A stretch of 45,548 nt of DNA from an uncultured Dehalococcoidales bacterium (lineage in GTDB: Bacteria > Chloroflexota > Dehalococcoidia > GIF9 > AB-539-J10), in the NCBI GenBank assembly GCA_964625765.1, contig CAZVCS010000002.1, positions 1-45,548 of the forward strand, read 5' to 3'. Shown one piece after another: positions 18,464 through 29,310 of this stretch. The translations under genes were made by a program, and so were the position numbers. Below the pieces are notes generated by a model that saw only the letters and a list, made by a program, of their open reading frames with translations, was not told where the DNA came from and searched no databases. Each line of letters starts with the position of its first letter. Positions within the stretch are counted from its first letter, which is position 1.

Positions 18464-19420
18464 TCACAGCCAGTGGCGGTGTCGCAGGTAGGCAAGCATG
18501 GCGACGCCGGTGCCGGCCATCAATCCGAGGATCATCGCAAGAGGGAAGAAGCTGCCCCGGTCAACTCCTCCGGGGAGGGGCACGTTCATGCCGAAGATGC
18601 CGGACATGAGTGTGAGCGGGGCCAGGACGACCGTGATGATGGTCAGCACGCGCATTATCTCCTGGATGCGGTGCGACGTGAACCAGTTGCTCGTCTCGTA
18701 CAGCCCGTCGACGACTTCCTTGCAGTCTTCGAGGCCGTCCCAGATCTTGCGCACGTGGTCGGCGACATCGCCGAAGTAGATCTCCTGCTCCTCCTTGAAG
18801 AAGGGGTAGTCTTCCTGCTCGAGCGTCTCGATGACGGCTATCTGCGGCCGGATAACGCGGCGGAAGGAGATCAGGTCGCGGCGGAGCAGCGAGATGGCGC
18901 GGACGGTCTCGGGCACCGACTCCGTGAAGATGACATCCTCGATATCCTCGATGTTCTCGGTAATCTTGTTGAGGATAGGGAAGCAGTAGTTCACGAGGCG
19001 GTCGATGATGTGATAGAGAAGGTAGCCTGAGCTGCGGCCGAGGTAGGCCGCCCGGCTCTCATCGCGCATCTGGCACTCGCGGAAGAACGCCGACAGCGGC
19101 TTCAGGTCGGCGTTGCAGTGCACGGTTACGACGTAGTCCTCACCGATGAAGACATCCACTTCGCTGGGGCGCGTGATGCGGTTCTGCTTGTCGAAGACGG
19201 GGAACTGCATGACGATGAACAGATGGTCGTCATCTTCGTCTATCTTGGGGCGCTGGGCGCGACTGAGAACGTCGTCGATCTCAAGAGGATGGAAGCCGTA
19301 CTTCTCCTCGAGGTATTCGCCTTCGGCCTCGGTGGGCTTCTCGATGTAGACCCAGGTGAGCTTCCCCTCGGAGATGCTCTGGATTCTGAGTTCCTGTCCC
19401 TCGGCGATCGACATAGCCAT
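18464..19420 (-). CDS. corA: magnesium/cobalt transporter CorA
   Basis: 318 aa. Two C-terminal TM helices carry the GMN motif (IFGMNVPLPG). Confidence 0.93.
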   Translation of the reverse strand: MAMSIAEGQELRIQSISEGKLTWVYIEKPTEAEGEYLEEKYGFHPLEIDDVLSRAQRPKIDEDDDHLFIVMQFPVFDKQNRITRPSEVDVFIGEDYVVTVHCNADLKPLSAFFRECQMRDESRAAYLGRSSGYLLYHIIDRLVNYCFPILNKITENIEDIEDVIFTESVPETVRAISLLRRDLISFRRVIRPQIAVIETLEQEDYPFFKEEQEIYFGDVADHVRKIWDGLEDCKEVVDGLYETSNWFTSHRIQEIMRVLTIITVVLAPLTLMSGIFGMNVPLPGGVDRGSFFPLAMILGLMAGTGVAMLAYLRHRHWL

Positions 19421-19447
19421 CCGCTCCGTGATGAACGCGACCCGGCT

Positions 19448-19456
19448 ATTGTAGCA
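19448..19456 (-). promoter_or_regulatory. extended -10 promoter element upstream of corA
   Basis: Reverse strand TGCTACAAT, 27 nt upstream of the corA ATG. Confidence 0.45.
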
Positions 19457-19514
19457 CCGGCAAGTTCCGAGCTACCAGAGAGGGAAGATTCGCGGCTGGA
19501 CGAACGGAATCCGC

Positions 19515-19544
19515 TTGACAGCCCTCTGCGGCATTCTGTACTAT
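19515..19544 (+). promoter_or_regulatory. 16S rRNA promoter
   Basis: TTGACA (19515-19520), 18-nt spacer ending in TG, TACTAT (19539-19544). It lies about 10 nt upstream of the 5' arm of the processing stem. Confidence 0.6.
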
Positions 19545-19553
19545 ATCCGGGCT

Positions 19554-19585
19554 CGCACCTTAACAGCTGAATAGTGGAAGGAAGG
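19554..19585 (+). repeat. 5' arm of the 16S rRNA processing stem (pairs with 21169..21200)
   Basis: cgcaccttaacagctgaatagtggaaggaagg is the reverse complement of 21169..21200, apart from one A/A mismatch (19565 vs 21189). Confidence 0.85.
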
Positions 19586-19590
19586 TTCTT

Positions 19591-21092
<1,502 letters not shown>

Positions 21093-21168
21093 TAGGGATT
21101 CCCGGGACGCTGTCCCGGATTCCCAGGTCGTTCGATAGGTCTTCGACCTGTCGTTTACTCTGCAATCT

Positions 21169-21200
21169 CCTTCCTTCCACTATTCAGCAGTTAAGGTGCG
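21169..21200 (+). repeat. 3' arm of the 16S rRNA processing stem
   Basis: ccttccttccactattcagcagttaaggtgcg pairs with 19554..19585. It is followed by the T-rich tract cttttctttttcc (21201-21213). Confidence 0.85.
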
Positions 21201-21354
21201 CTTTTCTTTTTCCTGCGCCCCTCCAGCACTGCCCTTCATCATCATATCCCTCGTGTCGACCACCCCATTCTGTTGACCTGCTGTCAACAAAGGTCGTACC
21301 ATTCGGTCAACCGGGGTTCGACCCCTATGGACAATAGGCCGATGAGAAGGGAAC

Positions 21355-22878
21355 ATGGACTACATATATATACTCGTGGGGCTCTCCCTCGTGTTGGGGG
21401 GCCTTGTGGGATACTACGTTCGCCAACTGGTCGCCAATCAGCAGATCCTGAGCACCCGCAAGGAGGCCGAAAGGCTTCTAACTGAGGCCACCACCCGTCA
21501 CCGCGAGCTTCTCCGCGATGCCCGCGAGGAGGCTCGAAAGGTCCGCAACGCCGCCGAGGCAGAGAACAAAGAGCATCGTCTGCAGTTGCAGCGGCTTGAG
21601 AACCGCCTTGACCAGAAGGAGGCGGCGATCGAGCGCAAGCTCTCCGCCATCGGCCGCCGGGAGCACGAGCTCGACGAGCGCGCCAAGGAGCTCGATCACG
21701 AGCATGACGAGATCGAGGTCCTGAAGGGCAAGGAGGTCGAGAAGCTCGAGCAGTTGTCCGGCATCACCACGGAAGAAGCCCGCCGGCTGCTTCTCGAGGC
21801 CCTGGAGGGCGAGGTCAAGGATGAGGCCGCCCGCAGAGTCCGTATCTGGGAGAGCCAGGTGCGTGAGGAAGCGGACCGCTCGGCGCAGTTCATTCTCGCC
21901 ACGGCGATACAGCGCTGCACCGCGGATGTCGTCTCCGAGACGACCGTCTCGACCGTCGCTCTCCCGTCCGATGAGATGAAAGGTCGCCTCATAGGCCGTG
22001 AGGGCCGGAACATCCGCGCTCTTGAGCAGGCAACCGGCGTCGACCTCATCATCGACGACACGCCCGAGATGGTCACCATTTCCAGCTTCGCTCCGGTGAG
22101 GCGCGAGATCGCGAGGATCGCCCTCAACAAACTCATTCTCGACGGCCGCATCCACCCCGCCCGGATCGAGGAGGTCGTGGAGAAGGCCAAGTCGGAGGTT
22201 GACGCCACTATCAAGACCGAGGGAGAAAACGCCTGCTTCGAGGCCGGCGTCCCGGGATTGCACCCTGAGCTCGTGAAGCTGGTGGGCCAGTTGAAGTATC
22301 GCAGCAGCTATGGTCAGAACGTACTCCAGCATAGCCTCGAGGTTGCGTACCTGGCCGGGATGATTGCAGACGAGATCGGCGCTGATGGCTTGCTCGCACG
22401 CAAGGCAGGCTTGCTGCACGATATCGGCAAGGCGGTGGACTTCGAAGTTGAGGGTTCGCACGCCTCCATCGGCGCCAACCTGGCTCGACAGTGGGACAAG
22501 TCTGAAGAGGTGGCGCAGGCCATCAGCGAGCACCACGGTGAAGTATCGACCACGAGCACACTCGGCTTCATCGTCGCCGCGGCTGACGCCATCAGCGGTT
22601 CGCGGCCCGGCGCCCGGCGCGAGTCGCTCGACCAGTACCTGAAACGCATCAGGGAACTTGAGGACATCGCCACCGGTTTCGACGGAGTCGACAAGGCATA
22701 CGCTATTCAGGCAGGGCGCGAAGTCCGGGTGCTCGTCAATCCCGAGGAGACCGACGACCTTGGCGCGATGCGCCTGGCCCGCGATATCTCCAAGAGAATC
22801 GAGGAATGCCTCACCTACCCCGGACAGATCCGTGTCGTCGTGGCCCGCCAGACTACCGCCGTCGAGTATGCCAAGTAG
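21355..22878 (+). CDS. rny: ribonuclease Y
   Basis: 507 aa. N-terminal TM anchor ([19 protein letters not shown]), a long coiled coil, a KH domain ([15 protein letters not shown]) and an HD domain (LLHDIGKA). Confidence 0.95.
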   Translation: MDYIYILVGLSLVLGGLVGYYVRQLVANQQILSTRKEAERLLTEATTRHRELLRDAREEARKVRNAAEAENKEHRLQLQRLENRLDQKEAAIERKLSAIGRREHELDERAKELDHEHDEIEVLKGKEVEKLEQLSGITTEEARRLLLEALEGEVKDEAARRVRIWESQVREEADRSAQFILATAIQRCTADVVSETTVSTVALPSDEMKGRLIGREGRNIRALEQATGVDLIIDDTPEMVTISSFAPVRREIARIALNKLILDGRIHPARIEEVVEKAKSEVDATIKTEGENACFEAGVPGLHPELVKLVGQLKYRSSYGQNVLQHSLEVAYLAGMIADEIGADGLLARKAGLLHDIGKAVDFEVEGSHASIGANLARQWDKSEEVAQAISEHHGEVSTTSTLGFIVAAADAISGSRPGARRESLDQYLKRIRELEDIATGFDGVDKAYAIQAGREVRVLVNPEETDDLGAMRLARDISKRIEECLTYPGQIRVVVARQTTAVEYAK

Positions 22879-22896
22879 CGGCCGCCGGGATCTATC

Positions 22897-23664
22897 GTGA
22901 GAGTACTGGCTATCGGCGACGTCATTGGCGGCCCTGGGCGGCGGGCTGTGGCAGCGTTGTTGCCGGGTCTCCGGCGGGACCATGCGGCGGATGTGGTTGT
23001 GGCGAATGGCGAGAACATGGCCGGAGGTCTCGGGGTCACCCACAGCACGCTCGCCGAGTTGTGTGCTGCAGGCGTGGACGTCGTGACGTCCGGGAACCAC
23101 ATCTGGCACCACTCAGAGATCGTTGAGTATCTTGCGGACGACCATCCGCTCGTCCGTCCGCTGAACTACCCCCCAGCCGCCCCCGGCCGCGGCTACCATC
23201 TGTTTGGCGGTCTCCTGGTGGTCAACCTCATCGGGCGCACCTTCATGGCCAGCTACGACTGCCCGTTCCGGGCGATGGATGCCCTTCTGGCAGCGCGCCC
23301 GGAGGGCACCCGTGCCGTCGTCGTCGACTTCCATGCCGAGGCCACCTCCGAGAAGCTCGCGCTGGGCCACTATCTCGACGGCAGAGTTGCGGCGGTGCTC
23401 GGCACCCACACGCACGTAGGGACAATCGACGCTCGCATCCTGCCTCGGGGCACCGCACACGTGACCGACATCGGAATGGTTGGCCCGCTGAATTCCGTCA
23501 TCGGTGTTGAGTCGGCGGATGTCATCCAGCGCTTTCTGACGCAGATACCCGGCAAGCTGACCGTCGGGAAGGGACCGGTTGCCTTCGACGCCGTTCTCGT
23601 CACGATCGATGATGCGACCGGCCTCGCCAGCGACATCCAGCGCCTGAGACACATCGTCGACTGA
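22897..23664 (+). CDS. ymdB: YmdB-family metallophosphoesterase (2',3'-cyclic-nucleotide phosphodiesterase-like)
   Basis: 255 aa. MRVLAIGDVIGGPGRRAV, ANGENMAGG, GNHIWHH, VDFHAEATSEK and GTHTHV line up with B. subtilis YmdB. It lies directly downstream of rny, as in Bacillus. GTG start. Confidence 0.85.
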   Translation: MRVLAIGDVIGGPGRRAVAALLPGLRRDHAADVVVANGENMAGGLGVTHSTLAELCAAGVDVVTSGNHIWHHSEIVEYLADDHPLVRPLNYPPAAPGRGYHLFGGLLVVNLIGRTFMASYDCPFRAMDALLAARPEGTRAVVVDFHAEATSEKLALGHYLDGRVAAVLGTHTHVGTIDARILPRGTAHVTDIGMVGPLNSVIGVESADVIQRFLTQIPGKLTVGKGPVAFDAVLVTIDDATGLASDIQRLRHIVD

Positions 23665-23680
23665 GCTGCCTGCACCGGCT

Positions 23681-24604
23681 TCAGCCGAAGCGGCCCCGGA
23701 CCACGCGCGGAATACCGGCGAGGTCGGGAATGGCCGCGATGGCGTTCCAGTCGGGTCTCATACGCATCATGCTCATCACGCTCTCGGCCTGGCCGTCGCC
23801 GACCTCGAGCAGCAACCAGCCACCGGACAGAAGGTGCGCAGGCGCCTGCTCCACCATACGCCGGATGACGCACAGTCCGTCGCTCCCGCCATCCAGCGCG
23901 CCGGCGGGCTCATGCTCGCGTATATGCCGGCTCAACTGCGGCATGTCCGCGCTACGGACGTAGGGCAGATTCGCGACGATGCCTCCGAAGACCCGTCCGC
24001 AAGGGGCACACAGGTCGCACTGCAGCAGGGCGACGCGTGGTCCCGATGGGAAGCGCTCCCGATTAGCTCTGGCGACGGCGAGTGCTTCGCGCGATCTGTC
24101 GCACGCCACAACCTCGGACTCCGGCACCTCCTCAGCCAGAGTGATGGCAAGTGCTCCGCTGCCGGTGCCGATGTCCGCGAGCAGCAGCCGCCCGGAATAG
24201 CGGGGCATGGTGTCGGTGAGCGTCATTCCGGCCTCGACCAGGACCTCCGAGTCGGAGCGCGGTATGAGCACGCGGCGGTCAACCAGGAATCTGCGACCGT
24301 AGAACCATGACTCGCCCAGAAGGTACTGGAGGGGCTCACCTTCGAGCCGCCTCTTGAGGAGATGTGCCGACCGGCGGAGAGTAGTCTGCGCGGGTCTTGT
24401 CTGCAGTTCGCACAGCAGGGACTCGCGCGTCAGCCCGGACGCGTGCTGCAACAGCAACGTTGCTTCCTGCTGCGGAGAATCGGCCCCGGCTCCCTGGAGC
24501 GCGTCGGCAAGACAGCACAGAGCTGCCTGTATGCTAAGACACTGAAGCAGCTTGCTGCAATGCTGCGGCCGCGAGTGCATCGATGAGTTCATCCAGTTCG
24601 CCAT
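23681..24604 (-). CDS. prmC: peptide chain release factor N5-glutamine methyltransferase (PrmC/HemK)
   Basis: SAM motif [11 protein letters not shown]. The substrate motif reads NLPY (23960-23971) instead of NPPY. It lies downstream of prfA. The start is uncertain: the track start overlaps prfA by 71 nt, and an alternative ATG at 24580 overlaps it by 47 nt. Confidence 0.8.
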   Translation of the reverse strand: MANWMNSSMHSRPQHCSKLLQCLSIQAALCCLADALQGAGADSPQQEATLLLQHASGLTRESLLCELQTRPAQTTLRRSAHLLKRRLEGEPLQYLLGESWFYGRRFLVDRRVLIPRSDSEVLVEAGMTLTDTMPRYSGRLLLADIGTGSGALAITLAEEVPESEVVACDRSREALAVARANRERFPSGPRVALLQCDLCAPCGRVFGGIVANLPYVRSADMPQLSRHIREHEPAGALDGGSDGLCVIRRMVEQAPAHLLSGGWLLLEVGDGQAESVMSMMRMRPDWNAIAAIPDLAGIPRVVRGRFG

Positions 24605-25601
24605 CGAGCATGCGTTCGATGTTGTGGAAGTTCTGGTCGAGCCTGTGGTCGGTGATACGGTCCTGGGGAAAGTTGTAGGTACGGATCTTCTCTGAGCGGT
24701 CGCCGGTTCCGACCTGGCTGCGCCTGTCGCGGTCCTGCTTGTCCAGCACCTCCCGGTTCTTCAGGTCATACAGGCGGGCTCGCAGAACCGCCATTGCCTT
24801 GATGCGGTTCTTCAACTGCGAGCGCTCGTCCTGGCATACCGAGACGATGCCGGTGGGAATGTGGGTCAGACGTACTGCCGTTGCCACCTTGTTCACGTTC
24901 TGGCCGCCGGCGCCCCCCGAATGGAATATGTCGGTCCTGATATCCTCGGGGTTGATGTCTATCTCGACTTCCTCCGCCTGAGGCAGTACGGCGACCGTGG
25001 CTGCGGACGTGTGTATCCTTCCTGACGCTTCCGTCAGCGGCACCCGTTGCACACGGTGCACGCCCCTTTCATATTTGAGGCGGCTGAACGCCCCAGCGCC
25101 CCGGACCTCGAAGATAATCTCCTTGAAGCCTTTTGCGCCGCTGAGGGTGTTGTCCACGACCTCCAGGTCCCAGCCCTGTCTCTGCGCATACCGGGAATAC
25201 ATACGGAAAAGGTCGGCGGCAAAGAGCGAGGCTTCCTCGCCTCCGGTGCCCGCGCGAATCTCGACGATGACGTCCTTGCTATCGTTGGGGTCTGTCTCCA
25301 CGAGGAACTGGTGCAGACCGGCCTCGGACGCCGCGTGGCGCGCCTCGACGGCAGCCAGCTCTTCGCGGACGATGTGGCGCATCTCAGGGTCGGTCGCTTC
25401 ATGCAGCAAGCCGCGCACCTCTTCGAGTTCATGCTCCACCGCAAGGTAGCTGGCGTACGCGTGCGCCGCGTCCTCAAGCGCGGCATGTTCTCGCGCGAGG
25501 GATTGAAGCCGAGAGGGGTTCGTCGCGACGGCGGGGTCCGCCATCTGCTGTTCTATCTCGCGGTACCGCGAGAGCATGTTGCTAAGCTTCTCGTAGGCCA
25601 T
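24534..25601 (-). CDS. prfA: peptide chain release factor 1
   Basis: 355 aa. GGQ motif [12 protein letters not shown] and the RF1-type tripeptide region [17 protein letters not shown] (PxT). Confidence 0.96.
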   Translation of the reverse strand: MAYEKLSNMLSRYREIEQQMADPAVATNPSRLQSLAREHAALEDAAHAYASYLAVEHELEEVRGLLHEATDPEMRHIVREELAAVEARHAASEAGLHQFLVETDPNDSKDVIVEIRAGTGGEEASLFAADLFRMYSRYAQRQGWDLEVVDNTLSGAKGFKEIIFEVRGAGAFSRLKYERGVHRVQRVPLTEASGRIHTSAATVAVLPQAEEVEIDINPEDIRTDIFHSGGAGGQNVNKVATAVRLTHIPTGIVSVCQDERSQLKNRIKAMAVLRARLYDLKNREVLDKQDRDRRSQVGTGDRSEKIRTYNFPQDRITDHRLDQNFHNIERMLDGELDELIDALAAAALQQAASVS

Positions 25602-25683
25602 GAGGACACTCCCCGGAATCGAAAGCGGACTGTAGTATACAGCACGAAGGAGGCCTGTGCCTCCGCAGGCAGAACGCGGGCTT

Positions 25684-26247
25684 CTAGTCGCCGTGCTGGA
25701 GGTCGAGAGACTGAAGGGCGACCTGATACGCCCGGAGCGTGCTCGAATCGTACAGGACGAAAGTTACGAGCCGCACAGGCTCCGGCTTGCCGCGCAGGAA
25801 GCTCAGCACCACTCGGAGCGCCGTGCCGGCCGCCTGCTGCACCGGGTAGCCATAGGCTCCGGTGCTGATGGAGGGAAATGCGACGGAGGCGAGCCCGAGC
25901 TCTCGGGCGAGCAGCAGAGACTCGCGATATGCGCTCGCCAGAATCTCCGGCTCCCCGTGGATTCCACCGCCCCAGATAGGTCCGACCGTGTGAATGACAT
26001 ACCTGGCATGAAGACGTCCGGCCGTGGTGGCGACCGCGCGACCCGGAGGCAGGGGCCCGGCAACAGCAACTATGGACCGGCACTCCTCCAGGATGGCAGG
26101 ACCGCCGGCGCGGTGAATGGCTCCATCGACGCCTCCTCCCCCGAGAAGTCCGGAGTTCGCTGCGTTCACAATGGCGTCCGCGGCCACCGCCGTGATATCC
26201 CCCTGCACGAGCTCCAGCGCTCCGCGACCTGTCTGTACCGTCATCAT
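25684..26247 (-). CDS. macro-domain protein (O-acetyl-ADP-ribose deacetylase-like)
   Basis: 187 aa. [35 protein letters not shown] and [10 protein letters not shown] are classic MacroD/YmdB-type motifs. Confidence 0.85.
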   Translation of the reverse strand: MMTVQTGRGALELVQGDITAVAADAIVNAANSGLLGGGGVDGAIHRAGGPAILEECRSIVAVAGPLPPGRAVATTAGRLHARYVIHTVGPIWGGGIHGEPEILASAYRESLLLARELGLASVAFPSISTGAYGYPVQQAAGTALRVVLSFLRGKPEPVRLVTFVLYDSSTLRAYQVALQSLDLQHGD

Positions 26248-26336
26248 TCGATTGTCCGGTCTCCGTCCTGCGCCGCGTACGTTGCGCGCCGGCCGGGCAG
26301 CACGACAAGCATCGCGCCACCGTCACGGCTACGTCG

Positions 26337-26365
26337 TTGCCGCTCGACCCGACACCGAATATAAT
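26337..26365 (+). promoter_or_regulatory. sigma-70-type promoter of the 4-hydroxybutyryl-CoA dehydratase gene
   Basis: TTGCCG (26337-26342), 17-nt spacer, TATAAT (26360-26365). SD AAGGAGGA lies 8 nt before the ATG at 26410. Confidence 0.6.
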
Positions 26366-26409
26366 ACGGCACTGGAGCGCGCCACGGCGCATAAGGAGGA
26401 AGGCACCCA

Positions 26410-27879
26410 ATGGCTCTTAAGACTGCTCAACAGTACATCGACAGCCTGCGCAAGCTGAAGTCCGATGTGTGGCTCTTCGGCGAGAGAATCGAGAACTTCG
26501 TCGACCACCCGGTTGTTCGTCCCTCCATTAACGCTATCGCGTTGAGCTACAAGGTAGCTCACGAGCCGGAGTACGAGGACCTGGCAACGACGACGTCCAC
26601 GCTCACCGGAGAGAAGATCAACCGCTTCACTTCCTTGTTCATGAGTACGGATGACCTGGTCAAGAAGGTGAAGCTGCAGCGCGTGCTGGGACAGCGCACC
26701 GGATGCTGCTTTCAGCGCTGCGTCGGCATGGATGCCATCAACGCGGTCTTCAGCACGTCCTTTGAGACAGATGAGAAGTACGGCACCTCGTACCATGCTC
26801 GCTTCAGGGAGTGGCTGAAGTACATCCAGCAGAATGACCTGTGCGTCCAGGGGGCCATGACCGACGTGAAGGGCGACAGGGGACTGAGGCCGAGCCAGCA
26901 GCCCGACCCCGACATGTTCGTCCATGTCGTCGAGCGGCGCAAGGATGGTATCGTCATCCGCGGCGCGAAGGCCCATCAGACCGGCAGCGTCAACTCGCAC
27001 GAGATGCTCATCATGCCGACCCTTACCATGAGGGAAGGCGATGAGGACTACGCCGTGTGCTGTGCGCTGCCGTCTGACTCGAAGGGCGTGCACTTCATCT
27101 ATGGGCGTCAGTCCTGTGACAAGCGCAAGCTGGAAGAGGGCGACATCGACGTTGGCAACTACCAGTTCGGCGGACAGGAGGCTCTCACGGTGCTCGACGA
27201 CGTCTTCGTGCCATGGAGCAGGGTCTTCATGTGCGGGGAAGTTGACTTCTCGGGCATGGTGGTCGAGCGGTTTGCGAGCTATCACCGCCAGAGCTACGGT
27301 GGCTGCAAGCCTGGCATAGGCGATGTGTTGGTGGGCGCCACTGCCGCGATGACCGACTACAACAATGTGGCCAAGGCGGGGCACGTGCGTGATAAGATCG
27401 CGGAGATGAATCACCTCATCGAGACGCTGCACGCGTGTGGTCTGGCTGCGTCCACCCAGGGAACGAAGACGAAGGCGGGGAACTACCAGCCGGATATCCT
27501 GCTCGCCAACGTCTGCAAGATGAATGTGACCCGGTACCCTTACGAGCTGTGCCGTCTCGCCGAGGACCTCGCCGGCGGCGCCCTGGTCACCATTCCTTCG
27601 GAGTGTGACCTTCGCAGCCCCGAGATCGGCAAGTACGTGCAGAAGTACTTCAAGGGTGCGGGCACGGTCTCGGCTGAGGAGCGCCTGCGCATGCTGTCGC
27701 TCATCAACAGCATGACGTTCGGCCTGACTGCACCGAGCTACCGCACGGAGTCTATGCACGGCGCCGGCTCGCCGCAGGCGCAGAAGGTCATGATTGAGCG
27801 CCAGTCGAACATGGAGAACAAGAAGAAGCTGGCGCGCAGGCTGGCCGGTATCGACGAGCGCGAGAAGCTCACCGACTGA
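26410..27879 (+). CDS. abfD: 4-hydroxybutyryl-CoA dehydratase / vinylacetyl-CoA isomerase (AbfD family)
   Basis: 489 aa, HpaB/AbfD fold. Candidate [4Fe-4S] ligands fall at the positions described for Clostridium AbfD: C100-x3-C104 (GCCFQRCVG), then H292 and C299 (YHRQSYGGCK). Confidence 0.8.
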   Translation: MALKTAQQYIDSLRKLKSDVWLFGERIENFVDHPVVRPSINAIALSYKVAHEPEYEDLATTTSTLTGEKINRFTSLFMSTDDLVKKVKLQRVLGQRTGCCFQRCVGMDAINAVFSTSFETDEKYGTSYHARFREWLKYIQQNDLCVQGAMTDVKGDRGLRPSQQPDPDMFVHVVERRKDGIVIRGAKAHQTGSVNSHEMLIMPTLTMREGDEDYAVCCALPSDSKGVHFIYGRQSCDKRKLEEGDIDVGNYQFGGQEALTVLDDVFVPWSRVFMCGEVDFSGMVVERFASYHRQSYGGCKPGIGDVLVGATAAMTDYNNVAKAGHVRDKIAEMNHLIETLHACGLAASTQGTKTKAGNYQPDILLANVCKMNVTRYPYELCRLAEDLAGGALVTIPSECDLRSPEIGKYVQKYFKGAGTVSAEERLRMLSLINSMTFGLTAPSYRTESMHGAGSPQAQKVMIERQSNMENKKKLARRLAGIDEREKLTD

Positions 27880-27903
27880 AGCTCCGCACCCAATGTCCTG
27901 CTC

Positions 27904-27931
27904 GAGACGGGCGGCTGCGGCCGCCCGTCTC
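27904..27931 (+). terminator. hairpin terminator after abfD
   Basis: gagacgggcggc-tgcg-gccgcccgtctc is a perfect 12-bp stem with a 4-nt loop, 25 nt after the stop codon. It is followed by tgtgt and then the thyX -10 box. Confidence 0.7.
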
Positions 27932-28002
27932 TGTGTATAATGGCTGAAGGCGCGTTGACTCCCGGCTTGCGGTGGACGGCGGGCCTCCGACTGGAGAGTG
28001 AC

Positions 28003-28593
28003 ATGACTGCGAAGTATGGTGTTGAGGTCAGACTGCTCGCCATCACCCCGGATGCGGAGCGCCTCATCGAGTCAGCGGGGCGTCTCTGCTGGAACACGCA
28101 GGACAAGACGGGGACCGTGCCCGACCGGATTCAGAAATGGCTGGACATCGGCCACGAGTCCATGATTGAGCACGCATCCGCCTCGTTCTTCATACGAGGC
28201 AGCAGGGCGATGACGCACGAACTGGTGCGGCACCGCCTGGCAAGCTACAGCCAGCGAAGCCAACGGTACGTGCGCGAGAACGAACCGTCGTATCTCGTCC
28301 CGCCGGAGGTGGCAGCGTCGGGGGACGCCGGCAGGGTTTTCGCGTCCGCCATGGACGCCGCCTGGCAGGCATACAGCTCACTGCTGAAGGCCGGACTGAA
28401 ACCCGAGATAGCCCGGTATGTGCTCCCGAATGCGTGCTACACCGACATTGTCTGCACGTGGAACTTCCGCGAGCTGCGACACATCATCAAACTGAGGACC
28501 TCTCCGCGGGCCCTTCCTGAGATTCGGGCCGTCGCCGAGGCTTTGCGGGACATCATGAAGGCGCAGGCTCCGCAGGTCTTTGCTGATCTGTAG
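28003..28593 (+). CDS. thyX: FAD-dependent thymidylate synthase ThyX
   Basis: ThyX motif RHRLASYSQRSQRY. I placed the start at the ATG at 28003 (MTAKYGVEV...), which has SD GGAGAG 5 nt upstream. The track start at 27940 overlaps a TATAAT box (27936-27941). Confidence 0.9.
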   Translation: MTAKYGVEVRLLAITPDAERLIESAGRLCWNTQDKTGTVPDRIQKWLDIGHESMIEHASASFFIRGSRAMTHELVRHRLASYSQRSQRYVRENEPSYLVPPEVAASGDAGRVFASAMDAAWQAYSSLLKAGLKPEIARYVLPNACYTDIVCTWNFRELRHIIKLRTSPRALPEIRAVAEALRDIMKAQAPQVFADL

Positions 28594-28618
28594 TCGGAGG
28601 CGTTTCGGTTCGGCCGGC

Positions 28619-29080
28619 CTACTCCTGCGCGACTGCAATGTCACTGACGGTGGCGCCGGAGAGGCGGAGAATGTCATCCGGTCTCAAGCGCACTAACCTC
28701 GTGCGCGCTCCGCCGCCGCACCACACGTGCTCCAGCGAGGCAACCTGCCGGTCAACGAATACCGGCAGGCGTCGCCTGTGTCCCACCGGTGGGATGCCTC
28801 CGGTCGGAAAGCCGGTGGCTCTTTCGGCAATCACGTCGGATGCGACTTCGAGACGCCGCACTCCCGCGGCCTCAGCCAGCTTGTGCCGGCTGATCATGTG
28901 GTCGCCCCGCACGACGCCCACGACGAGCCGCTGGTCATCGCCCGAGAATACTATTGTTTTCGCAATCTGGGAGAGGGAGAGACCGCTCGCCTCCGCCGCT
29001 TCGGTCGCGTGATGTGTGGTGCTCTTCTCGATGAACTCGAACTCGGCCTTGTTCGCCTTAAGAAATGCCGTGAGATTCAT
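28619..29080 (-). CDS. YbaK/ProX-family aminoacyl-tRNA deacylase
   Basis: 153 aa from MNLTAFLKANKAEFEF... Motifs IAKTIVF, GFPTGGIPPVGH and HVWCGGG are typical of the YbaK/EbsC editing domain. Confidence 0.75.
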   Translation of the reverse strand: MNLTAFLKANKAEFEFIEKSTTHHATEAAEASGLSLSQIAKTIVFSGDDQRLVVGVVRGDHMISRHKLAEAAGVRRLEVASDVIAERATGFPTGGIPPVGHRRRLPVFVDRQVASLEHVWCGGGARTRLVRLRPDDILRLSGATVSDIAVAQE

Positions 29081-29310
29081 TTCTCGCCTGCCTGGCACAT
29101 TGCGCATGAGCGTCCGGACACAGACGTTCGCTCATACAACATGGTAGCAGACATCCCAGGGGCCGCAGCCCTCCGGCAGGGGAATATCGGGCGCTGTGGA
29201 CGCCGGGCGCTGCGGAGTGCGCGCAGGCCGAACCCGCGCTCGGATCATGCCACCGGCCTGCATCTGAGGGTATACTAGAGACCATGCAGGTGAAACGGGA
29301 GGCCGAGGGC

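Noticed and set aside
19421-19514. A possible Mg2+ riboswitch (M-box) upstream of corA.
   Set aside because: Only ~25 nt separate the -10-like element from the ATG. The whole gap is far shorter than an M-box and shows no extended pairing.
21093-21354. A search for an ITS tRNA or the start of a 23S gene after the 16S.
   Set aside because: No cloverleaf-capable sequence and no 23S 5' signature are present. The region contains only the processing-stem arm, a T-rich tract and rny promoter-like elements.
21478-23112. A 544-aa reverse-strand ORF.
   Set aside because: It is fully antisense to rny and ymdB, which have unmistakable domain signatures. It is a typical GC-rich shadow ORF.
26329-27759. 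A 476-aa reverse-strand ORF.
   Set aside because: It is antisense to the abfD homologue and shows no recognisable motif.
27936-27942. ATG start codons embedded in TATAAT boxes (TATAATG at 27940 for thyX, 39655 for GT2, and reverse 35438 for the HD gene).
   Set aside because: In each case the hexamer fits the local promoter pattern. The conserved protein N-terminus, with an SD for thyX, begins at the next in-frame ATG, so I treated these ATGs as promoter sequence rather than starts.
29271-29286. A leaderless start for the NYN gene (TATACT-7 nt-ATG at 29284).
   Set aside because: A much better start exists 27 nt downstream: ATG 29311 preceded by GGGAGG at optimal spacing, giving the usual M..RVAIFIDG N-terminus. 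TATACT is therefore more likely an ordinary promoter with a short leader.
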